Assembly (NCBI GenBank): GCA_965235115.1
Contig: OZ249436.1
Span: 25,670,001 to 25,734,000 of the forward strand
Length of the DNA stretch: 64,000 bases
Source: Laetmonice hystrix
Taxonomy: Eukaryota
Reading direction: 5' to 3'
A program made the position numbers and the translations under genes. Within the stretch, counting starts at the first letter, position 1; each line of letters starts with the position of its first letter. Under the pieces are notes generated by a model. That model saw only the letters and a program-made list of their open reading frames with translations, searched no databases and was not told the origin of the DNA. This document shows positions 1 through 12,127 of the stretch, piece by piece.

Positions 1-417
1 TGTATATACTCTTTCAATTGGCATCAAGATTTATGACGTAGCATGTCGTATTACGACATTGGAATATAAGCCTGAAGGCATGCAAGATAGAGTCATGGTT
101 ACTATTGAACACGAATAGGAAATCATGCATGCTGTTTACATTGACACCAATATTTATGACATAGCCTGATGTATGACGTCACCAAGATTTATGACGTAAC
201 GTGACGTATGATGTCATGATGATGTCTAGGACAGGTTATGCATTAGCCTTAGCCTAGCCTAATAGAAACCTGATTGGCCATTATGCTATATCAATATCAC
301 CACACCACGGTCAAATCTCCTTCATTTTCATGATTTATCATCACATGTCACATGACATGTGACATGTAACACCAAGGGATGGGCTCCATCGTTGTCAAAA
401 CAACGACAGGTCTAGTT
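1..417 (+). mobile_element. 3' part of a Helentron/HINE-like element (family A variant), running off the window start
   Basis: Degenerate core-repeat motifs (gagtcatggttactattgaacacgaatagga), then GGGATGGG (376-383), hairpin TCGTTGT-caaa-ACAACGA (389-406) and CTAG-TT (412-417). Confidence 0.7.
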
Positions 418-603
418 ATCCCATCCCCCATCAAGGGGATGGGATTTTGAAATTGTGTGGTTTCATCTTCCGTATTATTATCCCATCCCCCATCAAGGGG
501 ATGGGATTTTGAAATTGTGTGGTTTCATCTTCTGTATTATTATCCCATCCCCCATCAAGGGGATGGGATTTTGAAATTGTGTGGTTTCATCTTCCGTATT
601 ATT
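418..603 (+). repeat. Three tandem 62-bp HINE-A 5' heads (palindromic subTIR/IR)
   Basis: atcccatcccccatcaaggggatgggattttgaaattgtgtggtttcatcttccgtattatt starts at 418, 480 and 542. Confidence 0.95.
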
Positions 604-3600
604 CCCGTAGGTGTAGTAGTTAAACTCATTCTCTTTAGCATCGTATCTCGCTCATTTTTCAAGATAGCAATACAAAACTTGGTAGGCGTATTAAGGACGC
701 CAGAGAGAATTTGCAGTTTGACGCTTGACGTCATATGACGTCACGTCATGACGTTAATCGTGTTTTACGCATTGAGGCCATTTTCTAAAGCTCATATTGA
801 GAATTTCAAAAACGTCTCATGCCAAGATAATCAGGCAAGGGTATTGCCTAAATCTGACCCTTGCTTTGACCTTTGACCTTTAAGCTGAGGGAGAACTGGG
901 TCAGAGGTCACAAATCGGTTAAATTGATTCTTCTTCCCCATTTTTTGGTGAAACTTGACAATATGTGGTAGAAGCATTCTCCAATGTAAGCTCCACAAAC
1001 TGGTGCATCGGGTAAACAATTTGACGTATTTTCACTAAACCACGTGACTTTGAAGTTTTGAACTCGGGTCATTTTGAAAGGTCCTTGCTGTAACTTTTGA
1101 AAGATTTAAGACAGAGCCTTAATTGTTCATTAACTTTATAAAAGTGAATGTCTTCGTTAATAAAGTACCATAATGTTTGTATCACGAGACATGTGACGTC
1201 ATCTATGACGTCATCTTTCTGATTTATGTAACCGAACTTCTACGGGCTGTATCTTGAAAGGTATTACACATAGCCATATGAAAGTACATCTGTTGTAAAG
1301 TACATAGAGTCAGGTATACCACTGATTGTTCAATTCTTGTTCTCGAAAGGCATTATAGCCACAATCATAAGTTGTCATGTGTATTAGTCTTCACATATTA
1401 TAATGTTTGGCACTAGGATGGTTGGGGTCTCTGTATACACAGATCGCCCACTGTGCGTTCGCCGTTCGGCTCCAGCCGGGTCGGCAGAGTGTTATGTAAG
1501 TGCTACTGATAAGGCCCGCTGGTGTCGACTGCCCCAGTCCTCACAGTCAGGGTGTTGTTGGAGGAATCTGTACCCAGAACAACCCCAACTGAATGAATTA
1601 GCGGTGCTTTAGAGCTGTATGTGTAACTGTCTAATACATATTTTTTTGAATCTTATATTGGAGGAGAGCAATAAAACAAAACTCTCATGAAGGTTGTCTT
1701 CTTGAAGTTACAAAACAACTCTTGGCCAGCCAGGTTTAGTGAGCCAGCAGATTGATGTGAATAGATGTCACATTTCGGGCCGGTCGTCGGTCGTGACTAC
1801 TCCTCCTTTCCTCCAGGGTCAGGGTAGGTTTGGAGCATTAGGCCTATGTCTATTCAGAACTGACATAACTGAATTAGCTGTGATTTTGAACTGTAGGTAT
1901 AACGGTCTAATACATACATGTATATGTTTTTGAATCTGTTTTGTTTTGAATAGGAGTAGAGTTGAACTAGATATGTTGTGGAGTACTATAATGATTTTCA
2001 GAGGCCTGCAAGTATAACTGCTAAACGGGCGCTAGATAGTCCCATAGTTACTATTAAACATGAATGGAAAGATTATGTTCTTTCAATTGATACCAATACT
2101 ATTTATGTAGGGTACCGTGATAAAACATTCCCACATTCAGATACAGGTCCTGACATCTCCATCTTCAGCCTAAAAGGAAAATATTCTCAGACTAGCAACA
2201 CATGATCACTGGCTACACACTGATCATCGTAACGCGCGTTACGCTGATCCAAGATGGAGGAAGGCAGGTCTCGCTTCAACTAAAACTAGGCGTATTTCAA
2301 GCAGTTCCGCGTCTCTGATTCATCTGTAAGACGTCAGAGTTGTTTATTGTAATGGTGGCATCATGTTTGGTGAGCCTCGGCGCCTGAGATTGCCTAGAAA
2401 TCTCAAAAATCGCTCCGAAAATTTTCGCTGTGATACCCGTAACGCGGACAAGCATGTTGACAAATGATACCCGTAACGCGAATTATTGATACCCGTAACG
2501 CGACTCATTGCTGGTTAGCCTGCCATTCACTCGTAAGCTGTACTGCCTTTATTCTTCGTCTTTCAAGTAGAAAAACCATTCTCACCAGTTTTCGTTTGAA
2601 GGGAATTTAATTGTTTGTGTTATTTGAAATCTTGTGCAGGTTGTGGCAGAGTTTTTAACTTCATGTAGAACGGAGTACGTTAGCGGTAGCCACGCTCGCA
2701 AACGCGAATAGGCCTACTTCCAGCCTGTGGCGAGTTCCACTGCCAAAATAAACCACCAAATTCGCCACGCCTGCAAATTCCAGCTGTCTCCAGTTTATAG
2801 CCCAGGTCCTCCCCCCCCCCCCCATGCGCGCCTGATCCACCACTGACTGTGGTTGGAGCACGTGTGTCGGTGTGACATGTGGGTGGTCAGAGACCAGGGT
2901 GACCGACCCACCCGACCCGGTCTCTCCGTCAGGCCAGGCCAGCCGCCCGTATGCGTCTGTTCCCCCTAGTCTACTACGGACTACCCCAGGTCAGGCCGGC
3001 CCTCAGTACTGGCCCGTCTCCCCTGGGTCCAGTCCATCTGGGGTGAGTTTATGACAGATGCCAGTCAGCCTGTAGGAGTAATATAGGCCTAGTTTAATCT
3101 ATCCCGATTACCTGGCAGGCTGAGTGTACCAGGAGAGCACAGGCGACACATAGCATGGCTGAGGTCACATGGCATGAAGGTGGGGAGGCAGCTCGGCCGC
3201 TCAGTACGGGGGTCGGGGGTGTGAGGGGTGGGGGCTGTCAGGGGGGGATCGCTGTGATGAGAGGGTATTATAGCCTAGGTACCCGTCAATTTGGGCCAGG
3301 CCTCCTCTGAGGTGTAGGTGTACTGTACTGGATCCCAATATTCTTGCTGCTCAAGAGGGCCACTTGTGTAGAGTTATCCTCGAGATATAGGACAGCTTAT
3401 TCCCCCAAATATGTTCACTAAGCCCGCGTTGCAGAAGAAAATCTTAATGAAAATCGTATCTTAAATTTACGAATTCTGTCGAAAGTGTTTCAGAACAAAA
3501 AATCGTAAATAATGTTGTCGTAATATTTATGAAAGTTTTACGATATTCGTAAATATTTAAGACGACCTCAGACCTGGGCGTAACTTATACGATGCCTGTA

Positions 3601-4547
3601 ACCGCACGGACAGGCATGCGTCGCGATATCCAAATGAACGTCCAGATCCCTTTAATATTTACACTGAGGATGGTTTTTGCTGTTAATATCGAGGATTTGG
3701 CACAGGAATTCGGAAATTCAGAGTTTGCTACCAAAGAGAAACGAAATGGCAAGGGTCTATCACACCGTGAGAGGGTATGTTGTAGATGATAAGAAAATCA
3801 CAATTAATTATAATTATATCCGATTTTTTACTGAGAAAATTGTGTAGCCTAGTGCAAACAGTAATCCTCTCAGCCTTCGTTGTGGTTCTGTAAAATAGAT
3901 ATAAATAATCATTATAATAAAAATGTATAACTGATTGTTCTTTTGTAATATTTGGTAGCACTAGTGTAAGTTTTCAGACGGGTCTCACACTCATCTGAAG
4001 TTCGCTTTGCAGCAGTCGCACATACCGTCTCTGTTGATATTAAGATACCAACATTAATAGGTTGTTACATTCAATGTCAATGTCTAATAAACTTTACTGT
4101 CACAGAGACATAGAAAATATACACAGTCTATGAGCTCATAAGCTCTAAATACAACTCTGTACCAAAGGGTAGTGAAACTTAAAAGTTACTTTTCCCCAGA
4201 TTAGTTAAATCCTATCATAAGTGGACATGAAGCAATGGTCAAATTTATGGGGAAAAACACCAAAAAATATAAAACCAACTTTCCACGAAATGTTTGGGCA
4301 TGGGTTAGGGTTAAGGTCAAGGATAGGGATAGGGATAGTATAGGAATATGTTTTTGGGAGGTGTAGGGACTGAGGGTAGGGGTTAGGGATAAGGTCAGGG
4401 CCATGGATCTTTACTTTCCACCAAATTTCGTGGGGTTTAAGTTATCATGGGCGATATACCCATTGTTTAGTTGACACTTCTAGCGGCCATAATATTTAAG
4501 ATTTTAATTTTGTGTTTAACCATAGCAAGATGATAGATTAGTATCTA

Positions 4548-7190
4548 TGTTACGTGCCATCGGTCGATCTGACCCATCGGCCGATGGGTCAGACCCATCG
4601 GTGGATCGGCCAACGGGTGGATGCGCGGCGCGCCAGAGTCGCGGCCCATCGGCCGATGGGTCTGACCCATCGGTGGATGGGTGCCGATGGGTCTGACCCA
4701 TCGGTAAACCAGGAGACATGAAATGACATGAAAACCTAGAGGAGACAACCCCACACCCACCTCCTGTCCAGACCCCACACCCAGCTCCTGTCCAGACTTC
4801 ACACCCACCTCCTGTCCAGACCCCACACCCACCTCCTGTCCAGACCTCACACCCACCTCCTGTCAAGGCCCCGCACCCACCTCCTGTCCAGTCCTCACAC
4901 CCAGCTCCTGTCCAGACCCCACACCCAGCTCCTGTCCAGACCCCACACCCACCTCATGTACAGACCCCACACCCACCTCCTGTACAGACCTCACATCCAC
5001 CTCCTGTACAGACCTCACACCCACCTCCTGTCCAGACCCCACACCCACCTCCTGTCCAGACCCCACATCCACCTCCTGTCCAGACCCCACACCCACCTCC
5101 TGTCCAGACCTCACACCCACCTCCTGTCCAGACCTCACACCCAGCTCCTATCCAGACCTCACACCGACCTCCTGTCCAGACCTCACACCCACCTCCTGTC
5201 CAGACCCCACACCCACCTCCTGTCCAGACCCCACACCCACCTCCTGTCCAGACCCCATACCCACCTCCTGTCCAAACCTCACACCCAGCTCCTATCCAGA
5301 CCTCACACCGACCTCCTGTCCAGGCCCCACACCCACCTCCTGTCCAGGCCCCACACCCAGCTCCTGTCCAGACCCCACACCCACCTCCTGTCCAGACCCC
5401 ACACCCACCTCCTGTCCAGACCTCACAACCACCTCCTGTCCAGACCCCACACCCACCTCCTGTCCAGACCCCACACCCACCTCCTGTCCAGACCTCACAC
5501 CCACCTCCTGTCCAGACCCCACACCCACCTCCTGTCCAGACCCCACACCCACCTCCTGTCCAGACCCCACACCCACCTCCTGTCCAGACCCCATACCCAC
5601 CTCCTGTCCAAACCTCACACCCAGCTCCTATCCAGACCTCACACAGACCTCCTGTCCAGGCCCCACACCCACCTCCTGTCCAGGCCCCACACCCAGCTCC
5701 TGTCCAGACCCCACACCCACCTCCTGTCCAGACCCCACACCCAGCTCCTGTCCAGACTTCACACCCACCTCCTGTCCAGACCCCACACCCACCTCCTGTC
5801 CAGACCTCACACCCACCTCCTGTCAAGGCCCCGCACCCACCTCCTGTCCAGTCCTCACACCCAGCTCCTGTCCAGACCCCACACCCAGCTCCTGTCCAGA
5901 CCCCACACCCACCTCATGTACAGACCCCACACCCACCTCCTGTACAGACCTCACATCCACCTCCTGTACAGACCTCACACCCACCTCCTGTCCAGACCCC
6001 ACACCCACCTCCTGTCCAGACCCCACATCCACCTCCTGTCCAGACCCCACACCCACCTCCTGTCCAGACCTCACACCCACCTCCTGTCCAGACCTCACAC
6101 CCAGCTCCTATCCAGACCTCACACCGACCTCCTGTCCAGACCTCACACCCACCTCCTGTCCAGACCCCACACCCACCTCCTGTCCAGACCCCACACCCAC
6201 CTCCTGTCCAGACCCCATACCCACCTCCTGTCCAAACCTCACACCCAGCTCCTATCCAGACCTCACACCGACCTCCTGTCCAGGCCCCACACCCACCTCC
6301 TGTCCAGGCCCCACACCCAGCTCCTGTCCAGACCCCACACCCACCTCCTGTCCAGACCCCACACCCACCTCCTGTCCAGACCTCACAACCACCTCCTGTC
6401 CAGACCCCACACCCACCTCCTGTCCAGACCCCACACCCACCTCCTGTCCAGACCTCACACCCACCTCCTGTCCAGACCCCACACCCACCTCCTGTCCAGA
6501 CCTCACACCGACCTCCTGTCCAGGCCCCACACCCACCTCCTGTCCAGACCCCACACCCACCTCCTGTCCAGGCCTCACACCCAGCTCCTGTCCAGACCCC
6601 ACACCCACCTCCTGCCCAGGCCTCACACCGACCTCCTGTCCAGACCCCACACCCACCTCCTGTCCAGACCTCACACCGACCTCCTGTCCAGACCTCACAC
6701 CCACCTCCTGTCCAGACCCCACACCCACCTCCTGTCCAGACCCCACACCCACCTCCTGTCCAGACCCCACACCCACCTCCTGTCCGGACCCCATACCCAC
6801 CTCCTGTCCAGACCTCACACCGACCTCCTGTCCAGGCCTCACACCCAGCTCCTGTCCAGACCCCACACCCAGCTCCTGTCCAGGCCTCACACCGAGCTCC
6901 TGTCCAGACCCCACACCCAGCTCCTGTCCAGATCGGTCACCATTGTTGTCATGTTTGATTACCCCCGGATTTACCCGCTGTTATCACTACTCAAATTTTT
7001 TACACACATTTCAAGTTCTGTTAAAGTCTTAAAAGTTAGGGTGCCTACGGCTAAACGTTTTTTTCTTCATGATAACTACAGTATAGTCCGTTTTATGTAT
7101 TGCATCCATGTGTTCCGTTTACCAACCACCCATCCATCGATGGGTCTGACCCATCGGCCGATGGGTCAGATCGACCGATGGCGCGTAACA
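4548..7190. mobile_element. TGT...ACA TIR element with 4-bp TSD (Ginger-like non-autonomous) carrying a minisatellite
   Basis: The ~59-bp TIR tgttacgtgccatcggtcgatctgacccatcggccgatggg... is inverted at 7132-7190. TCTA lies at 4544-4547 and 7191-7194. Confidence 0.8.
4748..6932. repeat. 24-bp minisatellite (~91 copies, CAGACCCCACACCCACCTCCTGTC) with higher-order duplications
   Basis: Direct reading. Variant-unit patterns recur at +960 bp (identical ORFs 4863-5138 and 5823-6098) and at +336 bp. Confidence 0.97.
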
Positions 7191-7457
7191 TCTAGATATG
7201 ATATATATTTGAATAAAAGATCTATAGAGAACTGCTATACCTAGGCCTATATACATTGCCGTCACATCTATAGTAGGCACTACCAGAATTTGCAACTTCA
7301 TAAATGAGAAACACCTCACAAATCCTTCATATTTAGCGAATAGCAGAGTCTAGATACAGTGACCAGATATCTCCTCCCAGGCTTCCCTTTTCACTTCTTC
7401 TGCAGTCCCGACATGCTTGGATGCAGATCGGTCGTCTTCCTTTGCTTCTGATGATGG

Positions 7458-8628
7458 CATGGGCGTCGAATACTTTGAAAATGTGGTGGGGGGACCAGGG
7501 GCGGATCCAGGATTTTTTGCAGGGGGGGGGGGGTCAGAAGGTTCCCGCGCCGGGGGGGGGGGGCTCCGACTGAAAATGTTTGGGAATATAAAAGGCCATA
7601 GATGCTATTTCCCGGCTTCTCTGCATCAAACCGAAGAGTTTTGGGTACCGACCTTTTGGTCAAAATTAATGTATTAATCAGTGGGGGATCCAGAGGAGCT
7701 CAGCCCCTTTAGATTTTCCTTTTTTGTATGAAGATGCCTTAGTACAGCTAACATGAAATCATGCCGAGCGTAGCGAGGATAATTTCTTTTTGTAGGTGGG
7801 CCCCACCCCAATATCAAAATCCTGGACACCCCACTGATTAATGCATGTTTATTAGAAATAGAGGGGGGAAATAACCGAGAGAAGGGGGGGTCACGACTCC
7901 CCCCCCCCCTCCGATTCCCTATCTAAAGCATGCAACATGCATGCGCAGATGGATCAGGGGGGCGCCTGCCACAAGCATTTGACAATTAATTAAAATTATG
8001 TGCACTACATAGGCGGCGAAAGATATTCACAGGTGGGGGGCAAAGACCAAATCATAGGTCCCAAGTTCCAAGATTCGAAATGCTGGTCATGCGAGCGGGG
8101 TCTGGGGGCCCTTCCCCCGAAAAAAATTAAAAATTAAAGTGCCAAATACGCGTTTTCCTGGCATCGGGGATCAAACTCCAAGGTCTTAGAGGTAGCTAAA
8201 AATAACATTTTTTTAATTAGCAAAAATCGCACATCTATCAGATATGGCTATAGATCTAGACAACTCGATGTGGTTAAGCAAAGAAAGTGCCTGACGCCTG
8301 ACATCTCCTGCCACCTTGAGCTAGGGGGGCAAAAATATGCTTTCCCCCCTCGCCCCCTCCCCCACAAACTCACTCATTTTTAGCCCTGGTTTGGCATTTT
8401 AATTAACGAAAGAGACGGACAACGTCATGCCAACATATCGGATCCAGTTCAACGCGCTTATAGTTATACTGCTTAGGGAATCAGACCTGCTGTCTGCTGA
8501 ACCCACCAAGGGTTGGCTTGTGGGGGTGGGGGGTGGGGGCATGTCAATTGATATGATGTCCCCCGCCCTGTATAAAAAGTGGGAGGGACATGTCCCCCCC
8601 CCCCCCCCCCCACCTTTCGACGCCCATG
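7458..8628. mobile_element. hAT-like MITE with further nested G/C-run MITE fragments
   Basis: TIR catgggcgtcgaa (7458-7470) pairs with ttcgacgcccatg (8616-8628). The 8-bp flanks GATGATGG and GAAAATGG match at 6/8. Confidence 0.5.
7679..7836. mobile_element. 158-bp MITE (CAGTGG termini) with 6-bp ATTAAT flanking duplication
   Basis: cagtgggggatccag pairs with ctggacaccccactg. ATTAAT lies at 7673-7678 and 7837-7842. Confidence 0.6.
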
Positions 8629-10576
8629 GAAAATGGTGGCCGCATCATCAAAACATAAACATCCGTTCCGCAAAAACAACAGATAAACCGGAGCACATGC
8701 CAAGACCTGTGCGTATTCAGGTGTCACGGCACAAGTTAACATTTCCTTAATCAATATACGAGAATTCTCGTAAAATATTTACGATTTTATTCGTAAATTT
8801 AAGATGTGCAATTTCAGATATACGAAAGCTGTTCTGAAACGCAATTTACGAATGTTCGCAAATTTTTTCGTATCTTAAAATTTACGAGGATTCTCTTATC
8901 GCAATTTAGGACAAAACTTCTGCAACGCGGGCTATAGGCCTACACACAGCTGGCAAATGAAAGTACATGTACTTTATATTATACAGAGAAATTAAGACTG
9001 TATAATACATGTATAATGAACTCTGGTTCTAAACCTAAATAAAAAACATTAAAACAACTGTGGCTAAAACTTTTTCCCTGTGGCTAGTTCTTTTCCTCAG
9101 TTGTTAGCCACTGTGGCTAATACCCAAAATTCACTAGCGTACTCCCTGTCGGAGGAGTCAGGGTGCTCTACCCCGGGGGACTGGGGAAGGACAAAGCATC
9201 TCGATCTCTCATGGTGCCTGCCAGGCAAGTCTTAGATTCGTGACCCCGCCCTGGGGTCCACACACACTCTGTATGGTAACACCTATAGTATAGTATAGTA
9301 TCACACACGCTGTTAATCCGGGCCCTATTATATACGTGTACCTCATGGTTTTACCTTCATACTGAAGTAGGTAATGCTCATTACAAAGTTGAGATTCATT
9401 ATCAGATCATGAGCCGATGTTGAAAGTCGTCTACTCGTCTACGTAAAAACCTTTAGGCCTAGGCTCAGTGAAAGGTTTAGGTGCCGCGTTACGCCTATCC
9501 TGTCACCAAATTAAACTTGCGTTACGGGGATCAGCGCTGCGCGTTGCGGGTATCATCGCCAAATCTTCTGCGTCCATTTTCTCTTAATCTACGCCCGTCT
9601 AGGACCCCAAACTGAGACAGACGGCAGGCACACATTGTTATCATGATATTCAGATGTTGTTTTATGTTGTTGATGCACCGTAGCCCTTGTAACTTGAACA
9701 AAAACACGCGAAGCGAGCATCGGGATCGTCCATCTTGGATCAGCGTAACACGCGTTACGATGATCAGTGTGTAGCCAGTGATGATGGCATTATCGTTAAA
9801 AGCTAGCTCGTGTACCATATTGACTGGGGGTGGGCCATATTGACCAACTACCTGGGCCATATCAACCAGGCCATTATCGGTCATGGGCCATATCGACCGG
9901 AGACCATAATGATCATATTATGGAGGCATTGGAATCCCTGGAAAAATTATCTTCCGATGACTATGATAATGACAGCATTGGAATCTCTTCGACAGGGTTC
10001 CCAGCCACTCTAAAAATCAGGGAAAACCTTTAAATCCAGTCAAGGAAAACTCGGGATTTGGGGAAAAACATATAAGATCAGGGAAAACTCAGGGAATTTG
10101 ACAGTGACCCAGATGGCAAAGGTATTCGTCAGTTAATTCCATTTGGCGGGCGCATCTTTAGTGTGTCCGAAGTTGTATCCATTGACTTATTTGTATCGTG
10201 GCTTTTTAATGTTGATAAGAGTGTGAAGAATACACCTGTCCGTACCGTTATAATCGGTTATGCTACCTATATTAAACACAAAATATATCTCATGGAATTT
10301 TGGAAATTTCTCAGGGAATTCTCAGGAAAAAAAAATTCAGGGAATTTGATGTTTACAAAAAGCGGGGAACCCTGGTTTCAATTGACGCCAAGATTCATGA
10401 TGTACAGCAGCGTGCTGTCTGACATCATAATGACATTATTGGCATCTATTAAGGAAAGGATTATAACTTGTGATAGGTGCAAGATGCAGCCATGTTTCAT
10501 GTTGAAATCGAGTAGAACGGGAACGCCGCAGGGGGATGGGATTCATAATGTGGCCATCGCCACATCCTATCTAGTT

Positions 10577-12068
10577 ATCCCATCGCCCATCAAGGGGATG
10601 GGATTTTGAAATTGTGTGGTTTCATCTTCCGTATTATTCCCGTAGGTTGTAGTAGTTAGACTCATTCCCTTATAGCATCATATCTCGCTCATTTTTCAAG
10701 ATATCAATACGAAACTTGGTAGGCATATTAAGGACACCAGAGAGAAATGCCAGTTTGAAGCATGACGTCATATGACGTCATGTCATGACGTTATGACGTA
10801 GATTTTCTTTTGTACATTTAGGCCCATTTTCTCAGCCCATATCGGGAATTTCAAAAATACCTCGTGCCACTATAATCAGGCAAGGGTGTTGCCTAAATAT
10901 GACCCTTAATTTGACCTTTGGCCTTTGACCTTAGGGAGAACTGGGTCAAACGTCACAAATCGGTTAAATCGTAAATGCTTCCCCATTTTGGGGTAAGATT
11001 TGATAATATAGGGTAAAAACATTCTCCAATGAAAGCTTCAAAAAATAGAGCAGCGGATAAGCAATTTGATCTATTTTCACAGAACCACGTGACCTTGAAG
11101 TTTTGAATGTGGGTCTTTTCGGAGAATAATCGCTGTAACGTTTGAAAGACTCCAGACAGAGGCATAATTGTTCATGAACCTGATACACTTTGGTGGCCTC
11201 TTTAATTACGTATCATAATTTTTGTGTCACGTGACTTCTTACGTCATCTACAACGTCATTTGTGTAATTTGCATTAGCGACGGAATGGTAAGCTCACACC
11301 CTTTAATATGTATAGGGTAGGGACTTTAAAGTGTCTGCTATTTTATATTATAAATTTCAATGAGCAAAATTTATAATTAACAAGACAGCAGTTCAATATA
11401 TACCAAAATAGTGAGGACAGGCGGCGAATTTCACGATTAATGGATGACCTACTTAGTGACATGTTCCCTCTCTTATGTGGGTCAGTCCTGCGTGGACACG
11501 GTCGCTATGGTAGACTAAAAGTAGAGCATGTGTATATATCCGACATTATCACATCCTTCGTCATGAAATTTTAGGAGTAGCTTGCTAACATGTTAAGCTT
11601 CGGGCCTCTAAAATATAAAGGCAATACTCATTATAGTTTGGGCAGGCGACGGTTGGAAAGAGATGGGGGATGTTGGCAGCAGACACCCTGCAATGAACGC
11701 CCGCCCGCCTGCCTGCCTGCCTCCCCTGCTCACACCAACGAGTATAGAATTCTATACTCCTTGCTCACACTGACCACAATTATGGCCGTATCGCCGTTGC
11801 GAGTTTTGTTACCTGGTATCAAACCTTTTGAGGAGACTTCTAATAATGAAAGGAAGTAGGCCTAATCATTCGTTACATGTAGGGGGTCTAAGTTTTTGAA
11901 ATGCTTGCACATGTTGTCTGACCGCACATGTCTCTCCCAACCCTATTAATAGATGGAGCGCAGACAGGCAGGCAGTGGCGGTCTGCACATAAATTAAGGG
12001 ATCAATTAGTGACCTGCAATTATCTTCTGCAACCCCCACCCTTGTTGCTGTTGGTTAACCCCCCCCCC

Positions 12069-12127
<59 letters not shown>

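Larger units (their letters stand above)
3421..8933. mobile_element. PIF/Harbinger-like non-autonomous element (17-bp TIR), nested
   Basis: agcccgcgttgcagaag (3421-3437) is inverted as cttctgcaacgcgggct (8917-8933). Repeated tttacga/tcgtaaa subterminal motifs occur at both ends. The 3-bp flanks CTA/ATA match imperfectly. Confidence 0.65.
2207..9780. mobile_element. Non-autonomous CAC...GTG TIR transposon (CACTA/Transib-like) with 52-bp TIRs and subterminal CGTAACGCG repeats
   Basis: TIR cactggctacacactgatcatcgtaacgcgcgttacgctgatccaagatgga (2207-2258) is inverted at 9729-9780. ATGAT flanks both sides (2202-2206, 9781-9785). The empty paralogous site catgatggc lies at ~37753. Confidence 0.85.
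418..10576 (+). mobile_element. HINE-A unit U1 (non-autonomous Helentron-like), interrupted by nested TIR elements at 2207-9780
   Basis: Head(s), a body similar to 18677-20503 and 36164-38306, and the 3' end acgggaacgccgcagggggatgggattcataatgtggccatcgccacatcctatCTAGTT (CTAG 10571-10574). Confidence 0.8.

Noticed and set aside
418..603. Palindromic 62-bp repeats and the 146-bp array as a CRISPR-like array
   Set aside because: The repeats are contiguous without unique spacers, there are no cas genes, and the context is eukaryotic TE DNA.
4295..4400. Telomeric (TTAGGG)n
   Set aside because: Only a few degenerate TTAGGG/ATAGGG units, typical of MITE interiors. No terminal TIR/TSD could be fixed with confidence.
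4956..7244. 762-aa His/Pro-rich ORF and opposite-strand Gly/Cys-rich ORFs
   Set aside because: They are translations of a stop-free 24-bp minisatellite inside a TIR element and are open in several frames at once, with no independent gene evidence.
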